Assembly: GCA_965235115.1 (NCBI GenBank)
Contig: OZ249437.1
Coordinates: forward strand, 49,662,001-49,726,000
DNA from: Laetmonice hystrix
Lineage: Eukaryota
Length of the DNA stretch: 64,000 nt
Direction: 5' to 3'
Shown piece after piece: positions 63,640 to 64,000 of the stretch. The position numbers and the translations under genes were made by a program. The notes under the pieces were generated by a model that saw only the letters and a list, made by a program, of their open reading frames with translations, was not told the DNA's origin and did no database searches. Within the stretch, counting starts at the first letter, position 1. The number at the start of each line of letters is the position of its first letter.

Positions 63640-64000
63640 GAGATGATTCCGTCAGGTGCATGGCATGCTGGCCGGGTGGTCAGCTGGACCCTGTGGTCAG
63701 TGGCATGTCCAAGACCTCGCAGGTCCGCCCACAGTCGACAAAATGCTCCTGGCATTGCCCCAACCTTTGGTGAGCAATATAAATGACAGCTAAATTTGCC
63801 AGAAAAAGATTATAATTTCTCACCAGAGACAGCAACATGGTCTCGCCCTGACGGGTATTTCGACCTGGAGCGACTTTTTCTAGTGTTATCAACAGCATCA
63901 GTTACATCACACCAACAGATGTGCCAACTGCCCCCAGCGGTATCATTAGATTACCGCACCGTCTATAATACCACATATATGTCAACTTTAGCCTTGCTTC
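63640..64000 (+). mobile_element. Tx1/L1-like APE endonuclease remnant (runs off the window)
   Basis: ATWSRPDGYFDLERLFL at ~63832-63882 (~YTWxRPDGxxxSRLDxFL). Confidence 0.45.

Overview
Eukaryotic (most likely invertebrate metazoan, by inference) non-genic DNA. No intact host gene, rRNA, tRNA or CRISPR array is recognisable. Most of the 64 kb is a dense graveyard of old, frameshifted and stop-ridden transposon remnants from many superfamilies: BEL/Pao, Gypsy, DIRS/Ngaro-like, Penelope-like, CR1/L2-group, Tx1/L1-like and R4/Dong-like LINEs, Tc1/mariner and possibly hAT. These were identified by eye from degenerate RT, RNase H, integrase and APE motifs, usually across frameshifts, so clade labels and boundaries are approximate. 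Superimposed are young, near-perfect tandem arrays (52-bp x~21, 58-bp x4, 32-bp x~23 with a 64-bp higher-order block, 29-bp x~13, ~66-bp x2 and x4, (GGGGCC)8, (GCT)14) and one fresh-looking 224-bp MITE. The main leads are long same-orientation blocks of unrelated TE fragments (piRNA-cluster-like architecture, a hypothesis), and two unrelated minisatellites sharing a CTGGGCAGG core that resembles the classical hypervariable minisatellite core. None of the provided ORFs looks like a functional protein. I found no well-supported novel protein-coding system.
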